Positions 26,945 to 36,228 are shown, numbered from the stretch's first letter. The stretch: DNA of 64,000 bases from a virus (IMGVR_UViG_3300021254_000021:128001-192000); one strand, 5' to 3'. Notes: generated by a model not told the origin, from the sequence alone. Program-made: numbers and translations.

Positions 26945-29071
26945 ATGGTTCAGATTCGTAAAAAGACGGGATTGGTGCAAGCATTTGATTCTAATAAAAT
27001 AATAGAAGCTGTAAAAAAGTCGGCGGATAGAGTTAATGTAGAGATGCCACCCACTAAAAATAACCGTCTTATAGAACTTGTCTTAGAAGCTATACAGGAT
27101 AAGGAGATTATAGATGTTAAAGACCTTCACAAATATGTTGAATTAGCTTTGGATGAAGTGGATCATGATGTTGCTAAATCATATCGTGAATACCGTAATT
27201 ATAAAATGCAGTTCGTAAAAATGTTGGATGAGGTATATAGAAAGAAATTATCTTTAAATAATACACAGGATGCGTCTAATGCTAATGCTGATTCCGCTTT
27301 GGTTACAACACAAAAAGCTATCACTTATTCAGAACTGAATGGTGAATTGTATAGAAGATTCTTTTTAACAGATGAAGAAGAAAAAGCTATGAAGGATGGT
27401 TATATATACATTCATGATCGTGGATCTCGTCTGGATGCTAGTAACTGTTGCCTCTTCGATATGAAATCTGTTTTAACAGGTGGCTTTGAAATGGGGAATA
27501 TGCACTATAATGAGCCTAAAAGTATAGGTGTTGCATTCTCTGTTATGTTAGATGTTATATTTAATGCAGGATCTAGTCAATATGGTGGCTTCACTGTATC
27601 AGAAGTTGATAAGTTACTAGCGCCTTATGCAGAAAGGTCTTATAATGAATATATTAAAGAATATGAAAGTATTAAAGGAATGGATGACCTTAAAGGTGCT
27701 GATGAGTATGCTACTAAGAAATTAAAAAGAGAGATTGAACAACATGTACAAGCTATGGAGATGAAGCTAAATTCATGTGAGACCTCTCGTGGCGATTATA
27801 TCTTTACCTCTATTTCTTTTGGTCTTTCTAAGGATCGCTTTGGGCAAATAATATCCTCTGCTATACTTAAAGTAAGAAAAGAAGGACAGGGTAAAGATGG
27901 TTTTAAACGTCCTGTGTTATTCCCCAAACTTACTTTTATGTATGATGAAAATCTACATGGTGAAGGAAAAGAATTAGAGTGGTTATTCTTAGAAGCGGTA
28001 GATTGTACTATGAAAGCACAATACCCAGACTTTCTTTCTATGACAGGTGATGGGTATGCACCTTCTATTTATAAAAAGTATGGTGTTACTATTAGCCGTA
28101 TGGGATGCAGAGCCAATCTATCCCCGTGGTATGAGAGAGGTGGTATAGAGCCCGCAGATGAAAATGATAAACCTGTTTATGAGGGTAGGTTTAATATGGG
28201 AGCTATCTCATTGAATTTCCCAATGATAGTAGCAAAGGCTAAAGAGGAAAGTAAAGATTTCTTTAAAGTATTGGAGTATTACTTAGATCTTTGTCGTAAA
28301 ATTCATCTTCGCACCTTAGAATATTTCTCACACAAAAAAGCAGGTATAAATCCATTAGCTTTCTGTCAGGGAGGCTTCTATAAAGGTCATAAAGATCCTG
28401 ATGAAGAATTAGGAAAAGATTTTCTTAAACCTTGTACAGTGTCTTTTGGTATTACAGCTCTTAATGAAGCTACAGTAATGTATAATGGTAAATCAATATA
28501 TAAAGATAAATCAGAGTTTGCATCTCAGGTTTTACAGTTTATAAATGATTATGCAAATAAGCATAAAAAAGAAGATGGCGTACTATATGCTATTTATGGA
28601 ACTCCCGCAGAATCATTAGCTTCATTACAAGTAAAACAATTCCGTAAAAAGTATGGTGTTATTAAAGGTGTATCTGATAGGGAGTATATGTCAAACTCTT
28701 TTCACATGCACGTATCCGAGGATATAACCCCAATAGAAAAGCAGGATGCAGAATACAAATGTTTCCATCTTTGTAATGGCGGAAACATAATGTACAATAG
28801 GTTTACTTCCGAATATAACAAAGACTCTTTTGTAGCTTTAATTCGTAGAGCTATGAAACTAGGGTATTACTATGGATGTAATCAATCAAAAGATTATTGT
28901 AAAAATTGCGGTAAAGAGTTTATTGATTTAGACCAATGTCCTAATTGTGGTAGTGAGGATATTGTGCGTATAGAACGTGTTTGCGGCTACCTAGGGATGT
29001 CCAGAGTAGGTGATAAAACAAGAATGAATGATGGAAAATTAGCAGAAATAGCAGATAGAAAATCTATGTAA
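26945..29071 (+). CDS. nrdD: Anaerobic (class III) ribonucleoside-triphosphate reductase
   Basis: N-terminal ATP cone, YIHD, NCC, MGCR, TPAESL, SNSFH, CxxC...CxxC and the glycyl-radical loop RVCGYL. Confidence 0.97.
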   Translation: MVQIRKKTGLVQAFDSNKIIEAVKKSADRVNVEMPPTKNNRLIELVLEAIQDKEIIDVKDLHKYVELALDEVDHDVAKSYREYRNYKMQFVKMLDEVYRKKLSLNNTQDASNANADSALVTTQKAITYSELNGELYRRFFLTDEEEKAMKDGYIYIHDRGSRLDASNCCLFDMKSVLTGGFEMGNMHYNEPKSIGVAFSVMLDVIFNAGSSQYGGFTVSEVDKLLAPYAERSYNEYIKEYESIKGMDDLKGADEYATKKLKREIEQHVQAMEMKLNSCETSRGDYIFTSISFGLSKDRFGQIISSAILKVRKEGQGKDGFKRPVLFPKLTFMYDENLHGEGKELEWLFLEAVDCTMKAQYPDFLSMTGDGYAPSIYKKYGVTISRMGCRANLSPWYERGGIEPADENDKPVYEGRFNMGAISLNFPMIVAKAKEESKDFFKVLEYYLDLCRKIHLRTLEYFSHKKAGINPLAFCQGGFYKGHKDPDEELGKDFLKPCTVSFGITALNEATVMYNGKSIYKDKSEFASQVLQFINDYANKHKKEDGVLYAIYGTPAESLASLQVKQFRKKYGVIKGVSDREYMSNSFHMHVSEDITPIEKQDAEYKCFHLCNGGNIMYNRFTSEYNKDSFVALIRRAMKLGYYYGCNQSKDYCKNCGKEFIDLDQCPNCGSEDIVRIERVCGYLGMSRVGDKTRMNDGKLAEIADRKSM

Positions 29072-29084
29072 ATAGGGAGACTTT

Positions 29085-29567
29085 ATGAACTATCATAACA
29101 TTCTTCATTGTAATGAGAATAATGGTACTGGGTTACGTGTAGTATTATTCGTATCTGGCTGTTCTCATAATTGTAAAGGCTGTCATAATCCACAAACACA
29201 TGATCCTTGTTCTGGAATACCCTTCACTGAGGAAGCTAAGAAAGAAATATTCCAAGAATTAGAGCAGGAATGGTGTACTGGATTAACACTAACAGGTGGA
29301 GATCCTTTATTCCCTGATAATCGACCTATTATTCTTTCCTTAGTAAAAGAAATAAAAGAGAGATTCCCTAATAAAACCATTTGGATTTATACTGGTTATC
29401 TTTATGATTCCATTAAAGAATGGCTTGGAGTAAAGGAAATTCTAAAATACTGCGATGTTATTGTAGATGGCCCATTTATAGAGGAACAAAAAGAATATGG
29501 GTTACAATGGCGCGGATCAAAAAATCAACGTGTCATAGAATTAAATACAGGTAATTCACTCGTTTAA
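29085..29567 (+). CDS. nrdG: Class III RNR activating enzyme (radical SAM)
   Basis: NGTGLR, CSHNCKGC, GGDP, DG-F and RGSKNQ. Confidence 0.95.
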   Translation: MNYHNILHCNENNGTGLRVVLFVSGCSHNCKGCHNPQTHDPCSGIPFTEEAKKEIFQELEQEWCTGLTLTGGDPLFPDNRPIILSLVKEIKERFPNKTIWIYTGYLYDSIKEWLGVKEILKYCDVIVDGPFIEEQKEYGLQWRGSKNQRVIELNTGNSLV

Positions 29568-29579
29568 ATAATCCCCCTA

Positions 29580-29629
29580 AAGGCTAATAACCACCTTTCT
29601 AAATAAGATGGTTATTAGCCTTTTCTTTT
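29580..29629 (+). terminator. Intrinsic terminator after nrdG
   Basis: AAGGCTAATAACCA...TGGTTATTAGCCTT followed by a T-tract. Confidence 0.75.
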
Positions 29630-29847
29630 ATATGGAGGTATTCATGCAAACATTAAGAAAAAGTGTGGACAAAGACCCGACACACCCATAACACTTATGT
29701 TCACACAACGTAGAACAGTACCGATTATTAAGGGGTAGAATATATTAACCATCTTATATGATTCTATACTTTCAGTTAATTACCTAAGAATATACACACT
29801 ATAAAATTCAAGGGTAATTAGAGTATAGTTTCAGAAAACACTGAAAC

Positions 29848-29888
29848 GACCCAGTGGGAAACCATCTTCCACTGGGTCTTGTTTTTTA
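29848..29888 (+). terminator. Strong hairpin/terminator
   Basis: GACCCAGTGG...CCACTGGGTC followed by TTGTTTTTT. Confidence 0.75.
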
Positions 29889-30106
29889 CTCAAAAAACGC
29901 CCTCAAACCCGCACCACATCTAAGAATCCGAGTGATTTTAAAAATTTGAAAATTTTGATCATTTTTTGTGTTACTATTGCAGGTGGGAGAGATACAGTAG
30001 TTCTAGGTAAATATACCTGAAGTATTGGGGTATTAATCCTGATGAGGTTGAAGGTATAGACAACCTAAAGTTATTCACGTTATAGAGGACTGGGGAGACA
30101 GCTTTT

Positions 30107-30490
30107 ATGAGTAATTCAGCAAGAAAAAAAGAAACAGAATTAAAAACCATTCATACACTTTCTTATGAGGTAATGGATTGTAGAACACATCTTGTGTCAG
30201 AGACAGTGGCAACGTATCCTAGTTATGATGCTTGTTTAGACAAGTTCTATGCTATACTCAATGAAGCTAAACATGCTAAAATTGATTTGGTTGTTCGTGA
30301 TGGATTAGGAACGCCTATATTTAGAACATCTCTTTTGGATATGAGTTTTGTTGATAGAGATTTTAAAGGTCAACTCTATAGTGATCCTTATGGTTGGTTT
30401 GGCACTCCATCTGTCTATAATGCTGATTATAAGGATGCACCTAATAGTGGTTATGAGTTTTACACAAAACCAACTAAACAATGGAGTTAA
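30107..30490 (+). CDS. Hypothetical protein
   Basis: 127 aa ORF with RBS. Confidence 0.6.
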   Translation: MSNSARKKETELKTIHTLSYEVMDCRTHLVSETVATYPSYDACLDKFYAILNEAKHAKIDLVVRDGLGTPIFRTSLLDMSFVDRDFKGQLYSDPYGWFGTPSVYNADYKDAPNSGYEFYTKPTKQWS

Positions 30491-30560
30491 TTAATAAGGT
30501 AGGTGGGTAGTTCACATAAATCCCCACAGACCAACTTTACAAAAATTAAAGGAGTTAGTT

Positions 30561-31271
30561 ATGGCAGGAATAGACAAAATATATTTAAAAAATTATACTG
30601 AGTATGAACATCTTAAGATTTTCTTAGAGAGATGTGATTCTGAGTTCTTAAAGGGATATAATTATAGCTTGTTCGGAATGTTATATGAGTTAGGCAGTTC
30701 TTATTTTAATGGGATTGATGAACATCCAGTCTCGAATTTCTCTCTAGCGGCTGATGTGTTTATTATTCATCACTTTTTAGATGAAGATATTAGCTCTATG
30801 CCTAATGTGTGGAATAGATTAAAAGAACAGTATGGTGATGATTTTGAGTTAATTAGAAATCACACTTCTTGTTATGATAAATATAGAGTAGATTTATCAG
30901 GATGTAAGATTAAATTAGTGAAGTCTTCTAATAATAAGACACTTAGACACATCAAACGGGAACATTGGTCACATTGTTCTATTCATTTTGTCGGAAATAA
31001 GACTGCTTTTAAAAAGAAAATAATCATAACTTATCCAGAGTTTAATTATTTCTATAGATGTTTCTATGATTGGGGAAATGGATGTAAGTATGACAGATAT
31101 GATCCAGTAAACAACAACTGCTTTTGTGAAGAAACGTCTATGAAACAAATTATTAAATATATAACAAATTCAGGTTTAAAGAAAGATGATACTATTCTTG
31201 TTCATTGTTGGGACTTAAATAATGATGGAGAATATGAGAAAGAAGCCGAGTATGAGTTTATTGTTGTTTAA
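30561..31271 (+). CDS. Hypothetical protein (MAGIDKIY type)
   Basis: AAGGAG RBS; 236 aa. Confidence 0.65.
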   Translation: MAGIDKIYLKNYTEYEHLKIFLERCDSEFLKGYNYSLFGMLYELGSSYFNGIDEHPVSNFSLAADVFIIHHFLDEDISSMPNVWNRLKEQYGDDFELIRNHTSCYDKYRVDLSGCKIKLVKSSNNKTLRHIKREHWSHCSIHFVGNKTAFKKKIIITYPEFNYFYRCFYDWGNGCKYDRYDPVNNNCFCEETSMKQIIKYITNSGLKKDDTILVHCWDLNNDGEYEKEAEYEFIVV

Positions 31272-31318
31272 GGAATTATCTTTGGTTAAAACACACCAAC
31301 TAAACAAAGGAGTTAGTT

Positions 31319-31552
31319 ATGCTTCATTATCCAACTCTGCCGAAACATAAATCCAAAAGAAAACTAAAGAAATATAGCCATTCTAAATTAAGAAAAGATA
31401 AAGCATTCTGTGGCAGGAAGGTGTACACCTATAATATTGGAGATTATTGCTACCTCACATCAAATCCAAAACAAAAAGGAGCAAAAGCATATCCCTATAA
31501 GTATGCTTTGTGGTTAATCAGATATTACAATGGCGTTATGGATAGGAGATGA
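31319..31552 (+). CDS. Small basic hypothetical protein
   Basis: Same AAAGGAGTTAGTTATG RBS as 30561. Confidence 0.6.
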   Translation: MLHYPTLPKHKSKRKLKKYSHSKLRKDKAFCGRKVYTYNIGDYCYLTSNPKQKGAKAYPYKYALWLIRYYNGVMDRR

Positions 31553-31554
31553 TT

Positions 31555-31744
31555 ATGGATGAAATGATAAAATTAAGTGATGAAGATTTTGAAGAATATC
31601 GTGAGATATTTCAGGATGTCCTAGCATTGCGTGGAGATTTTAGATTACCAAGAATTATCTGATGCCATATATGATATTCAGGAACCGTTAGATGCACTCT
31701 TTAAGGCTTTAAAGAAAATAGTTATTGATCAGAAACAAAAATAA
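31555..31744 (+). pseudogene. Small frameshifted gene
   Basis: MDEMIKLSDEDFEEYREIFQDVLALRGD continues as LDYQELSDAIYDIQEPLDALFKALKKIVIDQKQK if one T is removed from GATTTT. Confidence 0.55.
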
Positions 31745-31801
31745 AAAATAACAAAAACTGATTGCAAAAATCGAAAATAAGCTGTATAAAGAATAAAGAG
31801 A
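31719..31801 (+). repeat. ~80 bp direct repeat, copy 1, containing a sigma70-like promoter (TTGCAA-17-TATAAA)
   Basis: Aligns by eye with 32952..33032. Confidence 0.8.
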
Positions 31802-31891
31802 GTGATGGTTGACGTTATCTTCGAGAAACACAATCATCGTTTGAAACTAACTAATCAGTAATGGTGCTGATTAAACTAGGGAGATAAAGGT

Positions 31892-32992
31892 ATGAGAGAA
31901 AGGAAAGAGTTAGAAGGTGTAATTTCTTGTTGGAATGAGATATATCCAAATAGGAAAAATCAGCCAACTTTGTTATTTGTAACAGATACAATATTACAAA
32001 GCATTGCTAAGGATTTAGGGTTTGTAATATGTGAAGAAAATGATAAAACACTTACATTTAAGTGTTTGAATTTTCCTTTAATCGGTGAGCTAGACCTTAA
32101 TAAGAAAGCGAAAAATTTATCTCTATTTTTCGATCTTAATCCATATTCTTTAGTTATAAATGGAGAAGAGAGAAGTAGAGAATATACGATTACTGCATTT
32201 AAGTGTGACTTGAAGCATCGTGTAGCAGAGTTTGTATTTCTACATTATGTTGATTTACAGAAACAATTAATATCTTTACAGAAAGCATATTTAGGGTTTA
32301 GTATACAAAGTATGTATATGAATCATGTAGACACAAAGTTTGTATTAGATTTTAATGGTATGTTTAATAAAGCAGAGTTGCTATTAAACAATATACATAT
32401 ACATCTAAGTAACCTTATAGGAACATCTTATTTTAGCAATTCAGTTTATAGCTTAACAAGTAATTTTAGATGTGTACCAAAAGTATCATCTGATGGTTCA
32501 TCACACAGCAATATAACATTATGTGTAAATGTTATTCCTGTTGTTGAAAAGTTAGAAAATAGAAAATGCTTTGATGCTGTTCATTCTTTTGTGAAAGAAA
32601 GACTAAAAGAACAGTATAAGGAATATTCATTAAAGGATTTAGAAAACAGAAAAGCGAATATTTCTTCCACAGATACTAGGTGTGTTTCATTTCCAGATAC
32701 ACTTATTCTTAATGAAACGACATTTAAAAATGTATTTCCAGACAGGCTTTTACCTGAATGGAGTTTAATGTGGGGTATGTGTTCTATATATATTACTGAA
32801 GATATATCAGATGGTCATATATTATTTATTAGTTCTTCTGATGATATGCGAAACCCTATCTGCATTGATAAAGAAAATAATAGGTATTATGTAAATGAAA
32901 CAAGTAGAGATATTCTCGCTTTTAATGTTTCTATTAAAAGTAAAGATGAATTAGTTATTGATCAGAAACTAGTAGAAAATAATAAAAACTGA
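31892..32992 (+). CDS. Multi-module hypothetical protein
   Basis: 366 aa ORF flanked by the two repeat copies. Confidence 0.65.
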   Translation: MRERKELEGVISCWNEIYPNRKNQPTLLFVTDTILQSIAKDLGFVICEENDKTLTFKCLNFPLIGELDLNKKAKNLSLFFDLNPYSLVINGEERSREYTITAFKCDLKHRVAEFVFLHYVDLQKQLISLQKAYLGFSIQSMYMNHVDTKFVLDFNGMFNKAELLLNNIHIHLSNLIGTSYFSNSVYSLTSNFRCVPKVSSDGSSHSNITLCVNVIPVVEKLENRKCFDAVHSFVKERLKEQYKEYSLKDLENRKANISSTDTRCVSFPDTLILNETTFKNVFPDRLLPEWSLMWGMCSIYITEDISDGHILFISSSDDMRNPICIDKENNRYYVNETSRDILAFNVSIKSKDELVIDQKLVENNKN

Positions 32993-33032
32993 TTGTAAAA
33001 ATCGGAACTAAGCTGTATTTAGAATAAAGAGA
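32952..33032 (+). repeat. ~80 bp direct repeat, copy 2, with promoter (TTGTAA-17-TATTTA)
   Basis: TAGTTATTGATCAGAAAC...AAAAACTGATTG-AAAAATCG...TAAGCTGTAT...AGAATAAAGAGA is shared with 31719..31801. Confidence 0.8.
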
Positions 33033-33104
33033 ACCTGTTTGGTTCTCTTTTTGTTACTGGATGGTATTCCAGACTCCCGTTGGAGACTCACATTTGAGGT
33101 AAGT

Positions 33105-34325
33105 ATGCGTGTTGCAGTAAAGAACATGAGTGGTGTATTTATACATTCCACCACTCCACGAAAAGCTAGGCTTCTTCTAAAAGAGAAGAAAGCTGTCATA
33201 GAATCAAACAATCCTTTCACTATTCGTCTTTTGTTTTCTAAAAGTGAATGTGGATTAAAGGATTCTGAATCATTAAACAGACTTAACGCAGGCTTATTGT
33301 CTGAAAAGGATAACACTATGTGTGATGATAGAAAAGAAATAGAAGAATTGCACAATGCTTATGGCGACTACATACAACCAAGTCTAAATGTTATAATGGC
33401 TAATCCTAAGAACAAAAGGATAAAATGGTGTAGTAAAGATAGCAATTCTGCAAACGGTGAGAATAGTTCTGAATCATTTGTACAAACCTTATATGATGCT
33501 TGCACCATGTTATATCAGCAAACAGATGGCCGATATTATGGTAACTTTGTACATATTGGTAAAAGAGGATTTGAGCTTTTACAAAGACTTGACCCTAAAA
33601 GATTCTGGAAAATGGATAATTGGGTAGGAATTGATGATGCTATAAAAGTACACTATATCGCGACTATGCCAGAAAACAATTTTATTGTAAGTATAAATAA
33701 TAATTATTTTAAGGATCGTGATAAATTCATTGTGGGGTCTATAGTGGATGAAGAATGTTCTGAGAAAAGTGAATCAGAGGAAGCTATTAAACAACAGGAA
33801 CAGTCAGACAATAATAAGTCTGAAAAGGAAAGCATTATGAGTAATGAAATACATATCCCCAAAACACATCTTATTTTTGGTGCAGTAGGATGTGGTAAAA
33901 CTACGCTATTAGCTAAACTGGTTAGAGATAGGCTAAATAATGGTGAACAAGTTGCACGTGTTTTATATAATAAAAATAAAGACGTACACTCTAAACTATT
34001 TCATTCAGAGAATGGAGGGTATTGTACTTTGATTGAATTTCATGGGAAAGACGCATATTCACCAGTTGAAGCAAGTTATCATCTGATGAAAGCGTGTGAA
34101 TTTCCAGCTTCTATTACAACAATAGTGTTAGATGATATTAATAAATTTTTAATACACGGTGATTACGATCCTCAGGAATATTTCCGTGAGTTCTCTAGGG
34201 TATGTCGTGAGAACAATATAGATTTCATCTGTACTTTAGGTGCTGATTCAGATAAAAATGAGGTCTATCACAAACTTCCAGAAATCTATGAACGATTCTC
34301 TGATATTATAACTGTTTTGAAATAG
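33105..34325 (+). CDS. Fusion protein: IscB-type PLMP/RRXRR N-terminal domain, central module, C-terminal P-loop NTPase
   Basis: First 44 aa align with the IscB N-terminus (K.R.LLK.KKA.I....PFTI.L); Walker A GAVGCGKT and Walker B IVLDD; GAGGT RBS before ATG 33105. Confidence 0.75.
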   Translation: MRVAVKNMSGVFIHSTTPRKARLLLKEKKAVIESNNPFTIRLLFSKSECGLKDSESLNRLNAGLLSEKDNTMCDDRKEIEELHNAYGDYIQPSLNVIMANPKNKRIKWCSKDSNSANGENSSESFVQTLYDACTMLYQQTDGRYYGNFVHIGKRGFELLQRLDPKRFWKMDNWVGIDDAIKVHYIATMPENNFIVSINNNYFKDRDKFIVGSIVDEECSEKSESEEAIKQQEQSDNNKSEKESIMSNEIHIPKTHLIFGAVGCGKTTLLAKLVRDRLNNGEQVARVLYNKNKDVHSKLFHSENGGYCTLIEFHGKDAYSPVEASYHLMKACEFPASITTIVLDDINKFLIHGDYDPQEYFREFSRVCRENNIDFICTLGADSDKNEVYHKLPEIYERFSDIITVLK

Positions 34326-34394
34326 TGCTTATAAGGGAGATTCATTTGTTAGGAATCTCCCTGTAACCAACTTTAAGAAATAAGGAACACTATT

Positions 34395-34604
34395 ATGAGA
34401 TGGAATTACACAGTTTTCTCTGAATACCCGCAAAAACGAGCGCTTTGTTTCGTCGAAATAGGTATTAATCATTATAAATTATTATGGTTTCAGAAGGAGG
34501 ATAAATGGTGGTATGACTATGATACATACAAACCTTATGCAGAGAGTACCGAACATTTAAAGTGGGTGTACTTAGACGACATCTTAGAAAACATTGATAT
34601 ATAA
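34395..34604 (+). CDS. DUF551-like small protein
   Basis: W-N...P...C-F-V...K-W-V-Y pattern. Confidence 0.55.
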   Translation: MRWNYTVFSEYPQKRALCFVEIGINHYKLLWFQKEDKWWYDYDTYKPYAESTEHLKWVYLDDILENIDI

Positions 34605-34631
34605 CCAACAAACTACAAAGGAGAACAAACA

Positions 34632-35795
34632 ATGACAGAGAAACATACACTAACAGTCATCATTAATGTATTTGATGAGAAGTATTGCGACGTTTATTTC
34701 TTCACACCAGAACATAAGAAATGGTGTGCAAATTTAATGTGCAGTAATACCTTCACATCTTTTGTAATAGACTCAATGTACTATCCTCTGTTTAACACAA
34801 AGCATGACAACCCAGAAAGAGATTTAAAAAGTCTGGTTAGAATATATTTAAATGCTCAGTTTAGTAGAGTTCACGATATGAGCATTCATTCATACTTTGA
34901 CTTCCCACAGTCTTATTCTTTAGAGCCTGCATTTGATATAGATGACTGCGTGATGGATGAAGTCTATGTTTGCGAGTACCGTATTGGGAAATTGTATAAC
35001 CTAGATTCATTCTATAACAGAATACCAAGCCTATATAGAGCAGATGAGCTTGTTTGTGATGAGGACTGTACTTTTCATCTTTTACAAGAGAATTTAGACG
35101 ATGTAATTTCTACGGTGAAACGATGTGGAGATGGGTTAGAAACTTTTGCAGAATTGTCATTATATGCAGTCAAAGATGATAGAGGAATTGAAGTATGTCC
35201 ATTCTCAGTCGGCAATAAAGATTACTTTGTACAAAAGGCTAGAGAATATGCAAATGATAAAAATTACTTAACACATAAAACCTATGTTTATGAATATAAA
35301 AATGGTAAAACAAACAAAATATATGGATGTTGTAAATTTAATGAGGCTAGTAATGTAGTGGCACTTAATTTAGAAAAAGAGGATGATTGTAACAAAGAAG
35401 ATAATTCAATGCAATGTTGTGCAGATAAAGATAAGAGAGATACTATAAATAAGAGATATGAGGCTTTTAGAGCAGACAACTTTAATCTTACGGTAGATGA
35501 TGTAGAGGTTCTAAGTAGCTATTGTACAGAGGTGTTTGTGTCATATCAAAAAGGAAAAATCATTGTAAAAGCTAAATTTTATTGTAACAAGGCTACACGG
35601 AATGTTAGCACCAGTAATGCCTTTAATATTGGCTCAAAGCATAGCTTGTATTTAACAGCCTTTAATGATGATCTTAACGAGCATGAAGAATTATTATCGT
35701 TGACAACATGCGTCCTAACAAAGAAATCATATTGTTTAAATAAAAAAGGAGTAGACGATCCTTTAGAGTTTGAATTAGTATTTGAAGCAGAGTAG
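34632..35795 (+). CDS. Multi-module hypothetical protein; C-terminal tail-tube-like module
   Basis: 387 aa; last ~115 aa begin YEAFRADNF, resembling YECYRTNHF of the 42144 ORF. Confidence 0.6.
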   Translation: MTEKHTLTVIINVFDEKYCDVYFFTPEHKKWCANLMCSNTFTSFVIDSMYYPLFNTKHDNPERDLKSLVRIYLNAQFSRVHDMSIHSYFDFPQSYSLEPAFDIDDCVMDEVYVCEYRIGKLYNLDSFYNRIPSLYRADELVCDEDCTFHLLQENLDDVISTVKRCGDGLETFAELSLYAVKDDRGIEVCPFSVGNKDYFVQKAREYANDKNYLTHKTYVYEYKNGKTNKIYGCCKFNEASNVVALNLEKEDDCNKEDNSMQCCADKDKRDTINKRYEAFRADNFNLTVDDVEVLSSYCTEVFVSYQKGKIIVKAKFYCNKATRNVSTSNAFNIGSKHSLYLTAFNDDLNEHEELLSLTTCVLTKKSYCLNKKGVDDPLEFELVFEAE

Positions 35796-35806
35796 GAAAA
35801 TATACA

Positions 35807-36199
35807 ATGAGTGCAAATCATAAACCTAGTGACATTGAACGCATGAAGGGAAAGGCTTATGATCTTTTCTACAGAATGCATGTTTGTCGTCTCATAACAA
35901 GTCAAGCAATGGAACTGCATAAGTTATTCTGTAATAAAGAAAGGTATGATACTTTTAGAATGACAGAAATAGAGGGTTATCAAAAATTACTAAACAAAGT
36001 GTGGATGAAATTAAGAGAAAAAGAGGATCTTCTTATTCAAGAGATGATAGACTTAGATTTTAACAGTTTGGATATTCAATCTGTTATGTCTTATGCAGAA
36101 CCTAAATATACTGATGATTATGCTATAATGGAAACGTATGGCATAGTCATACGTGATTTTGAAGGTAATGAACGCAGAATAAACTCTCTAAGATGGTGA
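35807..36199 (+). CDS. Hypothetical protein
   Basis: 130 aa ORF. Confidence 0.6.
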   Translation: MSANHKPSDIERMKGKAYDLFYRMHVCRLITSQAMELHKLFCNKERYDTFRMTEIEGYQKLLNKVWMKLREKEDLLIQEMIDLDFNSLDIQSVMSYAEPKYTDDYAIMETYGIVIRDFEGNERRINSLRW

Positions 36200-36228
36200 G
36201 GGTGGCGCTAATATAGGTAGGTGACTAT

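Noticed and set aside
33039-33104. N-terminal extension of the PLMP-ATPase ORF from the TTG at 33039
   Set aside because: The RBS and the IscB alignment both point to ATG 33105; the upstream stretch is better explained as a hairpin leader.
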